Of a DNA stretch of 64,000 nucleotides, positions 28,880 to 39,069 are shown piece by piece. A program made the translations under genes and the position numbers. The number at the start of each line of letters is the position of its first letter. Within the stretch, counting starts at the first letter, position 1. The notes below the pieces were generated by a model. That model was not told the origin of the DNA and did no database searches. It saw only the letters and a program-made list of their open reading frames with translations. Origin of the DNA: Acutalibacteraceae bacterium (lineage in GTDB: Bacteria > Bacillota > Clostridia > Oscillospirales > Acutalibacteraceae); the NCBI GenBank assembly GCA_045597925.1, contig JAZLLB010000200.1, positions 13,574 to 77,573 on the forward strand, in the 5' to 3' direction.

Positions 28880-28902
28880 AGTCAAAGTCAAACAAAGTCA
28901 AA
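28880..28902 (+). promoter_or_regulatory. CtsR operator 2, just downstream of the -10
   Basis: AGTCAA-AGTCAAA-CAA-AGTCAAA; the core consensus is at 28886-28902. Confidence 0.85.
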
Positions 28903-28918
28903 AAGTGAGTTGATAATA

Positions 28919-29368
28919 ATGAATATGAGTAATGAAATAGCTCAGATGATTTTAAGTATGCTTGAGCAGGACGGATTCACGGAAATTCAGAGAAATGAGT
29001 TCGCGCAGTCAATCGGCTGCGTACCCAGTCAGATTAACTACGTTATTTCGTCAAGATTCACGCCCGAACACGGTTATATTGTAGAGAGCAGGCGTGGCGG
29101 CGGCGGATACATCAGAATTTCACGGGTAAGCTACGATAAAGGCGCGGCGCTGATGCACGTTATCAACAGCATTGGTGCCGATGCAGATGAAGCCACCTGC
29201 CGTGCTCACATCAAAAATCTGAATTACAGAAATCTTCTGGGTGATGAAATTGCAAGAATAGCTCTTGCGGTAACAAGCGACAGCGCACTGAGATCGGTCG
29301 AGCCGCCGATCAGAGATGAGGTAAGAGCGTCAATATTCAAGCACCTGCTGCTCAATTGTCAAAAATAA
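28919..29368 (+). CDS. ctsR: CtsR, repressor of class III stress genes
   Basis: 'QRNEFAQSIGCVPSQINYVISSRFTPEHGYIVESRRGGGGYIRI' is the CtsR HTH/Gly-rich loop. First gene of the ctsR-mcsA-mcsB-clpC operon. Confidence 0.9.
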   Translation: MNMSNEIAQMILSMLEQDGFTEIQRNEFAQSIGCVPSQINYVISSRFTPEHGYIVESRRGGGGYIRISRVSYDKGAALMHVINSIGADADEATCRAHIKNLNYRNLLGDEIARIALAVTSDSALRSVEPPIRDEVRASIFKHLLLNCQK

Positions 29369-29390
29369 TTTATGAAAGGATTGACGATAT

Positions 29391-29906
29391 ATGCTTTGTC
29401 AGAATTGCGGAAAAAATGAGGCAACAACACACGTTAAAAGAATAGTAAACGGCGATACAACAGAAACACATCTTTGCTCGGAATGTGCGCAGCATCTCGG
29501 ATACGGGGATATTTTCTCCGGTTTCGGGCTTAATCTTGATGACTTCTTCGGGGGATTTTTAGGCGACACAGTGCAGAAGACAGCTTTGCCCGCTGAACAG
29601 AAATGCCCTGAATGCGGAAGCTCCTTCAATGATATTGTAAGCAGCGGCAGACTCGGCTGCGGCGAATGTTACAGAACGTTTTATGATAAACTTCTTCCGT
29701 CTATACAGCGTATTCACGGAAGAATACAGCACAGCGGCAAACGGATTCCCACTGCTGAAGAAACGTCGAAAAAAGTCGATGAATATACGCTCGAAAATAG
29801 AATTGAAGACCTTAAATCACAGCTTTCAAGGGCTGTTGAGAATCAGGAATTTGAGCGTGCGGCTGTACTAAGAGACGAGATAAAGAAGCTCAGCGAAAGC
29901 AACTAA
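29391..29906 (+). CDS. mcsA: McsA (zinc-finger / UVR-domain activator of McsB)
   Basis: CxxC pairs 'CQNCG...CSEC', 'CPECG...CGEC', and a C-terminal UVR motif 'ENQEFERAAVLRDEIKKL'. Confidence 0.85.
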   Translation: MLCQNCGKNEATTHVKRIVNGDTTETHLCSECAQHLGYGDIFSGFGLNLDDFFGGFLGDTVQKTALPAEQKCPECGSSFNDIVSSGRLGCGECYRTFYDKLLPSIQRIHGRIQHSGKRIPTAEETSKKVDEYTLENRIEDLKSQLSRAVENQEFERAAVLRDEIKKLSESN

Positions 29907-29952
29907 AAAAATCGATTAATATAGCAATATCAACGAAAGGCTGGAATTTTAT

Positions 29953-30954
29953 ATGAACAAATGGTATATAGAAAGCGGGGAGCAGGGCGACATTATTCTC
30001 AGCACGAGAATACGTTTAGCCAGAAACATCGATAAATATCCGTTCCCGGCAAAGCTCAGCACTCAGACAAAAACAGAAGTGAGCGAAAAGGTCAGAGATA
30101 TTCTTCTGGCGCAGAAAGGCTGGAATTTCGGATACACACAGATGAGTGACTTTTCAAAGGCGCAGATTGTGTCGCTTGCCGAAAGACATCTCATAAGTCC
30201 GGACTTCGCTATGCAGGGTGACGGCGCGCTTATTCTGACTGACGATGAAGCGGTAAGCATCATGCTTTGTGAGGAAGACCATATAAGGCTTCAGGTTATG
30301 ATGTCCGGTCTTGCGCTTAAAGAGGCTTACAGAGTTGCCGACACTATTGACAACATTCTTTCCTCAGAGCTTGATTACGCGTTTGATGAAAGAATCGGTT
30401 ATCTCACACGCTGCCCCACAAATCTCGGAACGGCAATGAGAGCTTCCGTTATGCTTCACCTGCCTGCGCTTACACGGTGCGGGCAGATAGGGAAGCTCGC
30501 CTCAACCGTTTCAAAGCTGGGGCTTGTTATCAGGGGCGCTCACGGTGAAGGCTCCGCGCCCAAGGGTGATATTTATCAGTTAAGCAATCAGATAACTCTC
30601 GGCATATCCGAACAGGAAGCTCTTGATAATCTTCAGTCCATAACAATGCAGCTTGCGGCTCAGGAGCGAACCGCGGCAAAAGCTCTTATGGAAAATGCGG
30701 CGGAGGTTGATAAAATCTGGCGTTCCATGGGTATACTTAAAAGTGCAAGGCTTTTAAGCTGTGATGAGTTTATGGAACTTGCTTCCCTTGTAAGGCTGGG
30801 CGCGAGAGAGGGCATTCTTGAAATCGACCTGAAGGCTCTTAATGAGCTGTCATACAGTGTTCAGCCCGCGACCATAAACGCAGTGGAAGGCAAAAATCTT
30901 ACACCCGCGCAGCGTGACGCGCTCCGTGCGGAAATGGTAAGAAATTTGTTATAA
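29953..30954 (+). CDS. mcsB: McsB protein arginine kinase
   Basis: ATP:guanido phosphotransferase motifs 'TRIRLARN', 'CPTNLGTAMRASVMLHLP'. Confidence 0.9.
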   Translation: MNKWYIESGEQGDIILSTRIRLARNIDKYPFPAKLSTQTKTEVSEKVRDILLAQKGWNFGYTQMSDFSKAQIVSLAERHLISPDFAMQGDGALILTDDEAVSIMLCEEDHIRLQVMMSGLALKEAYRVADTIDNILSSELDYAFDERIGYLTRCPTNLGTAMRASVMLHLPALTRCGQIGKLASTVSKLGLVIRGAHGEGSAPKGDIYQLSNQITLGISEQEALDNLQSITMQLAAQERTAAKALMENAAEVDKIWRSMGILKSARLLSCDEFMELASLVRLGAREGILEIDLKALNELSYSVQPATINAVEGKNLTPAQRDALRAEMVRNLL

Positions 30955-31039
30955 ATATCTAAATTTTTCGATATAATCAAGCAAGGCGCGCATCTCTGCT
31001 GCACGGTGCCGCCTTAAGCACATAAAGGAGTGGTGCTGT

Positions 31040-33481
31040 ATGTATAAATTCACAGGCTTCACACAAAAAGCAAACGCGGCTCTTAACGATGCCGTTGAAA
31101 CAGCGGAAAATCTCGGGCATACCTATATCGGAAGTGAGCATCTGCTCATCGGGCTTCTTCACAGTGACGGAGGGGCGGCGTTTACCTCGCTGACGTCAAG
31201 GGGCGTCACAGCCGATGAAGTGGAAAACATTCTGAAATCAACCGTTGGTATCGGTACGCCTACTGTTCTTTCCCCAAACGAATTCACCCCGAGAAGCAAA
31301 CGCATAATCGAAAGCGCCATAGCTTTTGCGCGTTCCGTGGGTCATTCATATGTGGGAACAGAGCATATTCTGATTGCCATTGCCAAAGATTCAAGCTGTT
31401 TCGCCATGAATATTCTCAACCAGCTGAATGTTTCATCAAACGACATTGTTAACGAAATCACCAAAAATCTATCTGCTTCGGCAAACGAAAAATCAGATGC
31501 CGCAAAACAGAATAAAAAATCCAATACACCGACAGTTGAACAGTTCGGCAGAGACCTGACCGAAATGGCTCGAAACGGTAAAATCGACCCTGTAATCGGC
31601 AGACAGACCGAAATCAACCGTGTTATTCAGATTCTCAGCCGCCGTACAAAAAACAACCCCTGCCTCATCGGCGAACCCGGCGTGGGCAAAACGGCAATTG
31701 CCGAGGGACTTGCGCTGAAAATTTCACAGGGTGAGGTTCCCGAGCTTCTGAAAGACAAGCGGATTATTTCCCTTGATCTGACAAGTATGGTTGCCGGTAC
31801 AAAATACAGAGGCGACTTTGAGGAAAGAATAAAATCCGCCGTTGATGAAGTTATCAAAGCGGGCGATGTGATTCTTTTCATTGATGAGGTTCATACTCTC
31901 ATGGGCGCGGGTTCGGCGGAAGGTGCCGTTGACGCGGCGAACATTCTTAAGCCCTCGCTGGCAAGAGGTGAAATGCAGGTTATCGGCGCGACTACTCTTG
32001 AGGAATACAGAAAGAACATTGAAAAAGATTCCGCGCTTGAAAGACGTTTTCAGCCCATTGTTGTGGGTGAGCCGTCTCAGGATGAAGCGATTGAAATTCT
32101 CAAAGGACTTCATGACAAATACGAAGCACATCACAACGTAAAGATTCCCGATGATGCCATTGAAGCCGCTGTTCACCTTTCCTCGAGATATATTACTGAC
32201 AGATACCTGCCCGATAAGGCAATCGACCTCATTGACGAAGCTGCTTCAAAAATCAGGCTTCGCGCGTTTACCCCGCCTGAGAGCATTAAAAAGCTGGAGG
32301 ACGAAATAAAAACAATCCGTGACGAAAAATCCTCGGCGGTCAATTCACAGAATTATGAGCTTGCGGCAAAGCTGCGTGACCGTGAAAAGGAAACACAGAA
32401 AAAGCTCGACGAGGCCAAAGCGGAATGGAGCCGCAAAAATTGCGAAATGCGTGGAGAAGTTACACCCGAAGACATTGCCGCTGTTGTTTCAGAATGGACG
32501 CATATTCCGATTGTTCAGCTTACACAGGCTGAAAGCGAGCGTCTTCTTCATATGGAAGATGAGCTTCACCGCAGACTTGTGGGTCAGGATAAAGCGGTTT
32601 CAGCCGTGTCAAAGGCAATCCGCCGCGGCAGAGTGGGTCTTAAAGACCCCAACCGCCCGACAGGTTCGTTTATATTCCTCGGACCCACAGGTGTAGGCAA
32701 AACAGAGCTTTGCAAAACTCTTGCCGCTACAATGTTCGGCGATGAAAACGCGCTTATCCGTCTTGACATGAGCGAATATATGGAAAAGCATACCGTATCA
32801 CGCATGGTAGGTTCGCCTCCGGGTTATGTGGGTTATGACGAGGGCGGTCAGCTCACCGAAAAAGTACGCCGTAAACCTTACAGTGTGATTCTTTTTGACG
32901 AAATCGAAAAGGCTCATCCCGATGTTTTCAATATGCTGCTTCAGATTCTTGACGACGGCATTCTCACCGATTCTCAGGGCAGAAAGGTGGATTTCAGAAA
33001 CACGGTTGTCATCATGACGTCTAACGTGGGCGCGAAGCTCATAAGCGGAGGGAGTGCCAATGCTCTGGGCTTCAATTCAGAAGGTAACGGCGGAACGCTC
33101 AGTGACACAAAAATTCATGACGCCGTTATGGGCGAGCTTAAAAAGATGTTCCGTCCCGAGTTCCTCAACCGTGTTGATGATATCATAGTATTTGAACAGC
33201 TTAAAAAGAACGATATAAAAGAAATCGCCGTGCGGCTTCTCGACAACCTCAAAAAACGCACAGCGGGTCTGGGTATTGAAATCAGCTTTGATGAAAGCGC
33301 AATAGAAAAAATCGCAGATGTGGGCTTTGACCCCGTTTACGGCGCGCGTCCGCTGCGCAGAGCCATACAGTCGCAGATTGAAGACCTCTTAAGCGAAAAA
33401 ATGCTTGAAGGTACAATCACCGCGAGTAAAGAATATATCTGTAAGTATGAAAACGAAAAATTTGAATTTTCCGAAAGCTAA
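31040..33481 (+). CDS. clpC: ClpC AAA+ ATPase
   Basis: Two Clp_N repeats, two Walker A sites ([16 protein letters not shown]) and a UVR linker '[11 protein letters not shown]'. Confidence 0.95.
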   Translation: MYKFTGFTQKANAALNDAVETAENLGHTYIGSEHLLIGLLHSDGGAAFTSLTSRGVTADEVENILKSTVGIGTPTVLSPNEFTPRSKRIIESAIAFARSVGHSYVGTEHILIAIAKDSSCFAMNILNQLNVSSNDIVNEITKNLSASANEKSDAAKQNKKSNTPTVEQFGRDLTEMARNGKIDPVIGRQTEINRVIQILSRRTKNNPCLIGEPGVGKTAIAEGLALKISQGEVPELLKDKRIISLDLTSMVAGTKYRGDFEERIKSAVDEVIKAGDVILFIDEVHTLMGAGSAEGAVDAANILKPSLARGEMQVIGATTLEEYRKNIEKDSALERRFQPIVVGEPSQDEAIEILKGLHDKYEAHHNVKIPDDAIEAAVHLSSRYITDRYLPDKAIDLIDEAASKIRLRAFTPPESIKKLEDEIKTIRDEKSSAVNSQNYELAAKLRDREKETQKKLDEAKAEWSRKNCEMRGEVTPEDIAAVVSEWTHIPIVQLTQAESERLLHMEDELHRRLVGQDKAVSAVSKAIRRGRVGLKDPNRPTGSFIFLGPTGVGKTELCKTLAATMFGDENALIRLDMSEYMEKHTVSRMVGSPPGYVGYDEGGQLTEKVRRKPYSVILFDEIEKAHPDVFNMLLQILDDGILTDSQGRKVDFRNTVVIMTSNVGAKLISGGSANALGFNSEGNGGTLSDTKIHDAVMGELKKMFRPEFLNRVDDIIVFEQLKKNDIKEIAVRLLDNLKKRTAGLGIEISFDESAIEKIADVGFDPVYGARPLRRAIQSQIEDLLSEKMLEGTITASKEYICKYENEKFEFSES

Positions 33482-33507
33482 ATATTTATCATTATAAATA
33501 AACAATC

Positions 33508-33545
33508 CCGGGATTTCTGAAATTACGAAATCCCGGTACTATTAT
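33508..33545 (+). terminator. terminator after clpC
   Basis: CCGGGATTTC / GAAATCCCGG perfect 10-bp stem with a 9-nt loop. Confidence 0.7.
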
Positions 33546-33571
33546 TTCTTACTGAATTATTTATTGTTTTA

Positions 33572-34531
33572 TTAATACCACAGGAATCCCAAAAGGAAAA
33601 TCCAGATAAGCCACTGGCCGAATGAAAAATCAACCGTAACGTGATGAACATCTTTTTGAACAACTCTACTGCCGTTTTTTACAGTGCATGTGATTGTTGT
33701 CTCACCTCTGCCCGTTGCATAAATGCTTCCGCTGCCATCAACAGTAACAACAGATGGATTTGAAGACGTGTACTCAAAAGTGAGTTCGGGCTTTTCATCA
33801 TTACCAATAACAAATGCAGGAATAATGCGTGCTTTTTTCTTGTAATTCAGTGTAAAATCTCCTATCTTAAGCACTGATTTCTGTGAAGTGGGAAGTGGCA
33901 TCGGGTTCGCAATTTTTGTGAATCCGAAATTGCCGATACTGATACCCATTATGCTTTCGAGCCACATATCGGAAATCTTAATTATCGCAGAGACAGTCTC
34001 GTCAACTCCCGTAGGAGTTAAACCTTCTTCAAGTAATTCTTCAACAACTTCCCCCGCATAACCATCTGAATATGATTTATATTTAAGTGGCATATCATAA
34101 TAGTATTTTGCAGGATTGAACGAAGCTTTAAACATCACATTTCCTAAAAAATAAAAACACGAATAGGAAATTGCATCGACATCGGATTTTCGGCTGACAG
34201 CAACATAAGTTTCTTCATCTCCGTCTGAAGATAAATATTCAAAACGTATTTCATCCGATTTTCTGTTATATATAATCAAAAACGACTCATAGCTTCTAAA
34301 ATATAAAGTGTATTTATATATATTGTTTTTTATGTTAACCTTAATGTTTTCACCTGAACTGTCAGTCGTTCCGTGTTTGCAGATGTAATCCTTGAGATAG
34401 CGAAAACTGCCATTGACTGTTTCCTTTGCACTTGCTTCGGTTGCGCCGAGTGTGTTTTTTGCCGCATTGCTGAACGGAACAATTCCGAAAAGCATAACGA
34501 TAATGAGTAATGCCGAAATTAGTTTTTTCAT
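33572..34531 (-). CDS. secreted protein with C-terminal Big_2 (bacterial Ig-like) domain and C-terminal TM
   Basis: Signal peptide. Big_2 signature 'YTSSNPSVVTVDGSGSIYATGRGETTITCTV'. Terminal 'WLIWIFLLGFLWY'. Confidence 0.7.
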   Translation of the reverse strand: MKKLISALLIIVMLFGIVPFSNAAKNTLGATEASAKETVNGSFRYLKDYICKHGTTDSSGENIKVNIKNNIYKYTLYFRSYESFLIIYNRKSDEIRFEYLSSDGDEETYVAVSRKSDVDAISYSCFYFLGNVMFKASFNPAKYYYDMPLKYKSYSDGYAGEVVEELLEEGLTPTGVDETVSAIIKISDMWLESIMGISIGNFGFTKIANPMPLPTSQKSVLKIGDFTLNYKKKARIIPAFVIGNDEKPELTFEYTSSNPSVVTVDGSGSIYATGRGETTITCTVKNGSRVVQKDVHHVTVDFSFGQWLIWIFLLGFLWY

Positions 34532-34595
34532 TGTAACGTCTCCTTTAAAATATAGTAATAAGATACAATTTATACTTGCACCTTTAACTACATTT

Positions 34596-34651
34596 TAACC
34601 TATTTCAGGTTAAAAGTCAATACCCTGTTTCAGGTTAAATATAATTTAACC
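34596..34651 (+). promoter_or_regulatory. operator-like repeats in the XRE / Big_2 divergent control region
   Basis: TAACCT-N5-AGGTTA at 34596-34612. Direct repeat TTTCAGGTTAAA at 34603-34614 and 34628-34639. 19-nt palindrome GGTTAAAT-ATA-ATTTAACC at 34633-34651 covers a TATAAT at 34640-34645. Confidence 0.6.
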
Positions 34652-34675
34652 GTAAATAATAAGGGTGGTGATACA

Positions 34676-34888
34676 ATGTATAAAAGGATTCGTGATTTGA
34701 GAGAAGACCACGATTTAAATCAGACACAGGTTGCAGGAATGCTCGGAATGTCACAGACAGGATATTCCAAATACGAAACAGGTGAAAATGATATTCCTAC
34801 AGCCATCCTTATAAAGCTTGCAGAATTTTATAATACAAGCATTGATTATATTCTCGGTCAGACGGATAATCCCAAAAGATACAAATAA
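34676..34888 (+). CDS. XRE-family (HTH_3) transcriptional regulator, 70 aa
   Basis: 'RIRDLREDHDLNQTQVAGMLGMSQTGYSKYETGENDIP'. GGTGGTG SD. Confidence 0.9.
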   Translation: MYKRIRDLREDHDLNQTQVAGMLGMSQTGYSKYETGENDIPTAILIKLAEFYNTSIDYILGQTDNPKRYK

Positions 34889-34890
34889 TG

Positions 34891-34922
34891 CCCCATTACG
34901 CTTTGTAATGAGGGGGATTTTT
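34891..34922 (+). terminator. terminator after the XRE gene
   Basis: CCCCATTAC / GTAATGAGGGG stem, then GATTTTT. Confidence 0.6.
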
Positions 34923-35619
34923 AATTATCAACTTCTATTTTGCCGCCCTTTTTAAACTGCTGCGTTTCGGAATTATAAATCAGCTCAACGCTGTTATAAA
35001 TATGTCCTCTGTCGCTGAACTCATCCTCGGTGGTGTATATTCTGTCTTTATCCTCATAAAAGCCCTGCAGTTTATCTGAAATGTCGAGCTTATACGGTTT
35101 GCCGTCTTTTACCGAATACACTGCCGTTTTCCAGCCTGAACCGCCCGCGCCCATATCGAACCAGAAAAAGCCTTTGCTTTCATGTATTCTCAGATTGCCT
35201 TCCTCACTTGTGTAAAGCGTCAGGCCGAATTTGTCTTCCACCGTAACGGACTTTCCCGAGCTGTCAATAAATATTACACACCTGACCGTTTCGTCTGCGT
35301 TTGTAATTACAGCAAAAGCCTCTTTTTTACCATTGCCGTCAAAATCGGCGAACTCATATGCCGAAACGGTTCCGTATTTTGCCGCGATTGCTTTACAGTC
35401 AACTGCATCGGTCTTTTTTTCGTCAGCGTTTTCTTTGCCGGTCTGAGATTTCGCTTCGGTTTTTTCAACGGATTTATCGGTTCCTTCTTTTTCATAAACC
35501 GTCTCCGCCTCAGTTTCCACTGCCGGTACTGTGTCTTTTTTTAATCCGCATGACGGCAAAAACACAAGCACTGAAATCATCATCAAAACTGATAATACGA
35601 CCGAAGGAATTTTTTTCAT
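34921..35619 (-). CDS. lipoprotein, function unknown
   Basis: Lipobox 'VFLPSCG' after a hydrophobic signal. Confidence 0.75.
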   Translation of the reverse strand: MKKIPSVVLSVLMMISVLVFLPSCGLKKDTVPAVETEAETVYEKEGTDKSVEKTEAKSQTGKENADEKKTDAVDCKAIAAKYGTVSAYEFADFDGNGKKEAFAVITNADETVRCVIFIDSSGKSVTVEDKFGLTLYTSEEGNLRIHESKGFFWFDMGAGGSGWKTAVYSVKDGKPYKLDISDKLQGFYEDKDRIYTTEDEFSDRGHIYNSVELIYNSETQQFKKGGKIEVDN

Positions 35620-35637
35620 ATGAACTCTCCTTTTGAT

Positions 35638-35675
35638 TATAAAAACCGCATCAGGCTGAGCGCAGGATGCGGTTT
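35638..35675 (-). terminator. terminator after the TPR/membrane-protein pair
   Basis: AAACCGCATC / GATGCGGTTT 10-bp stem, with a T-run on the minus strand. Confidence 0.7.
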
Positions 35676-35683
35676 AATGTTTA

Positions 35684-36286
35684 TTAAAGAACTATCGCAA
35701 GAACCGTTACGGCAATGCTTACGATGAATGTAACGCAGTATTTTTCAAGATACGCGCCGGCGTAAAGAATCGCTGACGGAATGAAAAGAAGAATTTTCGC
35801 AAAAATATTCGCGTCTGTTTTAATCTGACCGTTATCGTCTGAAGATTTTTTAATCTCCTCATTTCTCGCCTTGTCTTCCGGCGAAAGTCTTGAATGATAA
35901 AGCCTGCTCCAGTTATTCATAGCGTCTTCAACCGAAGGAAACATATTGCAGAAGAAAGATATTCCTAGATAATAAAGCACAAGATAAATCCAGAAAACAA
36001 CTGTATTTTTCTGAACTCCGAGAACAAACAGTCCCATAAAGCCCGCCCCGCCTAGGAAAAACGCGAGTGCAGCGTTTAAAATACTTGGTAAGAAGCATAT
36101 AAGAAACGATTTTGTTCTGCTTTTCGGAAGCTCATGCTCAACATGACCGCAGATTTCAGTGGGTTCAAGATATCTGGCGTCTTCAACAAAAATTTTAAGT
36201 ACGGAACAGGCTATATGTTCCCATAAGCCCTTTATAAGCGTGCCGAAAACGGTAACGTATTTTGAAATCAAATAAACAATCGTCAT
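35684..36286 (-). CDS. integral membrane protein, function unknown
   Basis: 200 aa with about 4 TM segments. Its start lies 1 nt after the stop of the upstream TPR gene (TGAtATG). Confidence 0.65.
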   Translation of the reverse strand: MTIVYLISKYVTVFGTLIKGLWEHIACSVLKIFVEDARYLEPTEICGHVEHELPKSRTKSFLICFLPSILNAALAFFLGGAGFMGLFVLGVQKNTVVFWIYLVLYYLGISFFCNMFPSVEDAMNNWSRLYHSRLSPEDKARNEEIKKSSDDNGQIKTDANIFAKILLFIPSAILYAGAYLEKYCVTFIVSIAVTVLAIVL

Positions 36287-36287
36287 A

Positions 36288-37940
36288 TCAGATATCCCCC
36301 TTTCCTGTCATGAATAAATCTTCAAATGTTTTGTCGCCCTTTATAACGTCTTTAACGGATTCTTCAAGTTCGGCGTTTGACTGCTCAAGAGTTTCGATTA
36401 CGGAGTCATAGTCCTCGTCCGCGCCGCAGAGCTTATAAATAAGGGCGCTGGTGTTTACAACCTCAAGGGAGAATGAACCTCCGTTATATGAAGCCGCGTA
36501 TGCCGCGTCATAGGATTCTTTTGCATATTTAAGAGCGTTTTCCTCATCTCCGGCAAGATAGTATGCGATTGCCTCCTGCCTTAAAATTTCGGCATCCTTG
36601 CTGTCTTTCGGAACCGATTCACAAATATCAACCGCGGCGGAGAATTCCTTCTGACGGCGGAGAATCGTAGCCTTTACCGAGCAGTAATCATATTCGCCGG
36701 GGCTTAATTCGGCAATTTTGTCGCACGCTTTTATCGCTTTGTCAAACTTTTCGAGTCTGAGATACGCGACCGATTTGTAATAATACGCGTCAACACTGGT
36801 CGGATTCTTTTTAAGCAGTTTGTCCGATGCGGAAATAACATCTTTGTATTTTTCTATACTGAGCGCGAATGAAGCAACATCCTGGAAAAGGAGATAATCA
36901 TAATAACCCGCATCGGTATATGCCGCTGAAATAAGGTTATAGAGCTCCTCGTCAGATGATTCAACTCCGTAATACTGCGATGAATAATAACGCAGTGTGT
37001 ATTTGAAATACGCCATTGTTCCTTTTGCGATATCGCTGTTTTTTTCGGCGTATTCATCAACCGATTTCATAACATCTTCAAGCTGCTTTTTCAGTTCTTT
37101 CTCGTCCGTTTCGCCTGAGTACGCGGTTTCAAAGAAAGGATTATAAACATTCTGCAGATCCTCGTTAATCTTCTGATAATCAGTCATAAATTTCTTCAGA
37201 TAATCATAGCAGCCATTTACCTGAGCGTATTTTTCACTTTTCAGTTCTTTTTCGCTGAATGAATTTTCAACAAGTGAAAAGAACTGCTCGGAATCGTCAT
37301 ATGAAAGCGAAAACGTCTTGGCAAGAAGAACGGCTTCTTTTTTATCAACATTGCTGCCTTTTTTAAAAAAGGCAACGTCCTCAGCGGTACTGCTTATTCC
37401 CTGAACAAACGCGTTGAAGCGTTCATTGAGAGTGCTTACAGTATCGTCAATTTCATAATAAGCATCTGACGCGGCGGAAATATTGCCGTTTTCGGCGAGC
37501 TTGTCCGCTTTTTTTACTGAGTCTGTAATTTTTGCGGTCGCGCTGAACATTACAATACCGATAACCGCGATAATCACCATAAGAACGGAAAGAATGATGT
37601 GCGTTGCGCCGAAATCAACTCTCATGTATTTTGAACGGCATTCGTTGCAGTAAAGCTCGCTTTTGCTGTTTCGTATTTTTTCACCGCAGATAATGCAGCA
37701 GCCTGCCGGAGCCTCAGATTTTTTCGCGTTTTCGTCATTCTCCGTCCCGGCAGTCTCAACAGGTTCACTGTCTGCGTTTTCCGCTTCATTTTTTTCAATA
37801 TCCTGCTCTTTTTTTTCGGGAATCGCCATTTCAAGAAAATTCTCTTTTGTCATAGGCGCTGAAGCGTCCCACTGCCAGTTTTTGTTTTCGGCAGTTTTTT
37901 CTGGTTCTTCATTTGCCAATTTTTTTTCATCGTCTGCCAA
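36288..37940 (-). CDS. zinc-ribbon / single-TM / TPR-repeat protein
   Basis: 'CCIICGEKIRNSKSELYCNEC', TM 'ILSVLMVIIAVIGIVMF', and C-terminal TPR-like 'AYYYKSVAYLRLEKFDKAIKACDKIAELSP'. Confidence 0.7.
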   Translation of the reverse strand: MADDEKKLANEEPEKTAENKNWQWDASAPMTKENFLEMAIPEKKEQDIEKNEAENADSEPVETAGTENDENAKKSEAPAGCCIICGEKIRNSKSELYCNECRSKYMRVDFGATHIILSVLMVIIAVIGIVMFSATAKITDSVKKADKLAENGNISAASDAYYEIDDTVSTLNERFNAFVQGISSTAEDVAFFKKGSNVDKKEAVLLAKTFSLSYDDSEQFFSLVENSFSEKELKSEKYAQVNGCYDYLKKFMTDYQKINEDLQNVYNPFFETAYSGETDEKELKKQLEDVMKSVDEYAEKNSDIAKGTMAYFKYTLRYYSSQYYGVESSDEELYNLISAAYTDAGYYDYLLFQDVASFALSIEKYKDVISASDKLLKKNPTSVDAYYYKSVAYLRLEKFDKAIKACDKIAELSPGEYDYCSVKATILRRQKEFSAAVDICESVPKDSKDAEILRQEAIAYYLAGDEENALKYAKESYDAAYAASYNGGSFSLEVVNTSALIYKLCGADEDYDSVIETLEQSNAELEESVKDVIKGDKTFEDLFMTGKGDI

Positions 37941-38013
37941 AAGAATACCTCCTTATATAAATTCATTTTATTGTAGCACAAAAAATTTTTTTACGCAAAT
38001 AAAATTTGAAAAT

Positions 38014-39069
38014 TTAACATATTATTAAATTTTTTTCGGTACCCGTCAGATTCAAACAGCCGTTTTCGGTCACATAAACCATATCCTCGATTCTTACACC
38101 GAATTCACCTGGCAGATATATTCCCGGCTCTACCGTTACAACATTGCCTTTTTTCAGTCTTCCTTCCGCTTTCGGCGACAGATTCGGCTGTTCATGAATT
38201 TCAACGCCCACGCCGTGACCTGTTGAATGGCGGAAAAATTCGCCGTATCCACCGCTTTCAATCACGCTTCGAGCCGCCGCGTCCGTGTCTTTAAGGGGTA
38301 TCCCTTCTCTGATTATTTCAAGAGCCGCTTTCTGCGCATTAAGGACAGTATCGTAAACCCGCTTCTGCTTTTCGGATACTCTGCCCACGGCAACGGTTCT
38401 TGTCATATCGCTGTGATACCCGTTGACAACCGCGCCGTAATCCATTGTGATAAAATCCCCGATTTCGATTTTATTGTTTCCGGGAACCCCGTGCGGCATG
38501 GATGACTTTCTGCCGCTGACAGCTATCGTTTCAAAAGAGAGAGCCTCCGCACCGTTTCTGAGCATAAAATAATCAAGCTCCAGTGAAATATCGCGCTCGG
38601 CAATTCCGGGCTTTATCATCGGCAGAATATGCTCGAACGCAAGCTCCGCAATACGCTGCGCCGCTTTAATCTGCTCAAGTTCATAATCAGTTTTTGTTTC
38701 ACGGCATGAGCTGATAATTTTCTCTGTCCGCGCGGTTGAAATCCTCACGGGCTTAAAGAGCTTTCTCATACTGTTAAGCTCGTCAACGGTTATACAGCTT
38801 TCGGCAAGGAGTGAAGAAATTTCCATTTCGGCGCAGAGCTGCGGAAGCTGCTCTTTAAGATTTTTCAATTCAGTCACACGGCAGAACTTTATTTTATTCC
38901 GCGCCGCTTCAATGTACCTGCTGTCGGTAAGAAAGACAGCGTCGTTTTTTGTCACAATAAGTATACCGAACGATGACGGGAACGAAGTGAAATATCTTCT
39001 GTTCTGCTCCGATAAAATCAGAACTCCTTTTCCGTCATCTTTAAGTTTGCGCTGAAGATTTTTTATCAT
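38014..39069 (-). CDS. M24 family Xaa-Pro aminopeptidase
   Basis: 'DYGAVVNGYHSDMTRT', 'HSTGHGVGVEIHEQP', 'VTVEPGIY'. Confidence 0.9.
   Translation of the reverse strand: MIKNLQRKLKDDGKGVLILSEQNRRYFTSFPSSFGILIVTKNDAVFLTDSRYIEAARNKIKFCRVTELKNLKEQLPQLCAEMEISSLLAESCITVDELNSMRKLFKPVRISTARTEKIISSCRETKTDYELEQIKAAQRIAELAFEHILPMIKPGIAERDISLELDYFMLRNGAEALSFETIAVSGRKSSMPHGVPGNNKIEIGDFITMDYGAVVNGYHSDMTRTVAVGRVSEKQKRVYDTVLNAQKAALEIIREGIPLKDTDAAARSVIESGGYGEFFRHSTGHGVGVEIHEQPNLSPKAEGRLKKGNVVTVEPGIYLPGEFGVRIEDMVYVTENGCLNLTGTEKNLIIC

Noticed and set aside
33572-34531. Big_2 protein and the 361-aa tail-anchored protein (19701-20786) as sortase B substrates
   Set aside because: Both end in a hydrophobic segment but have neither a pentapeptide sorting motif nor a basic tail. 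They are treated as plain membrane anchors.
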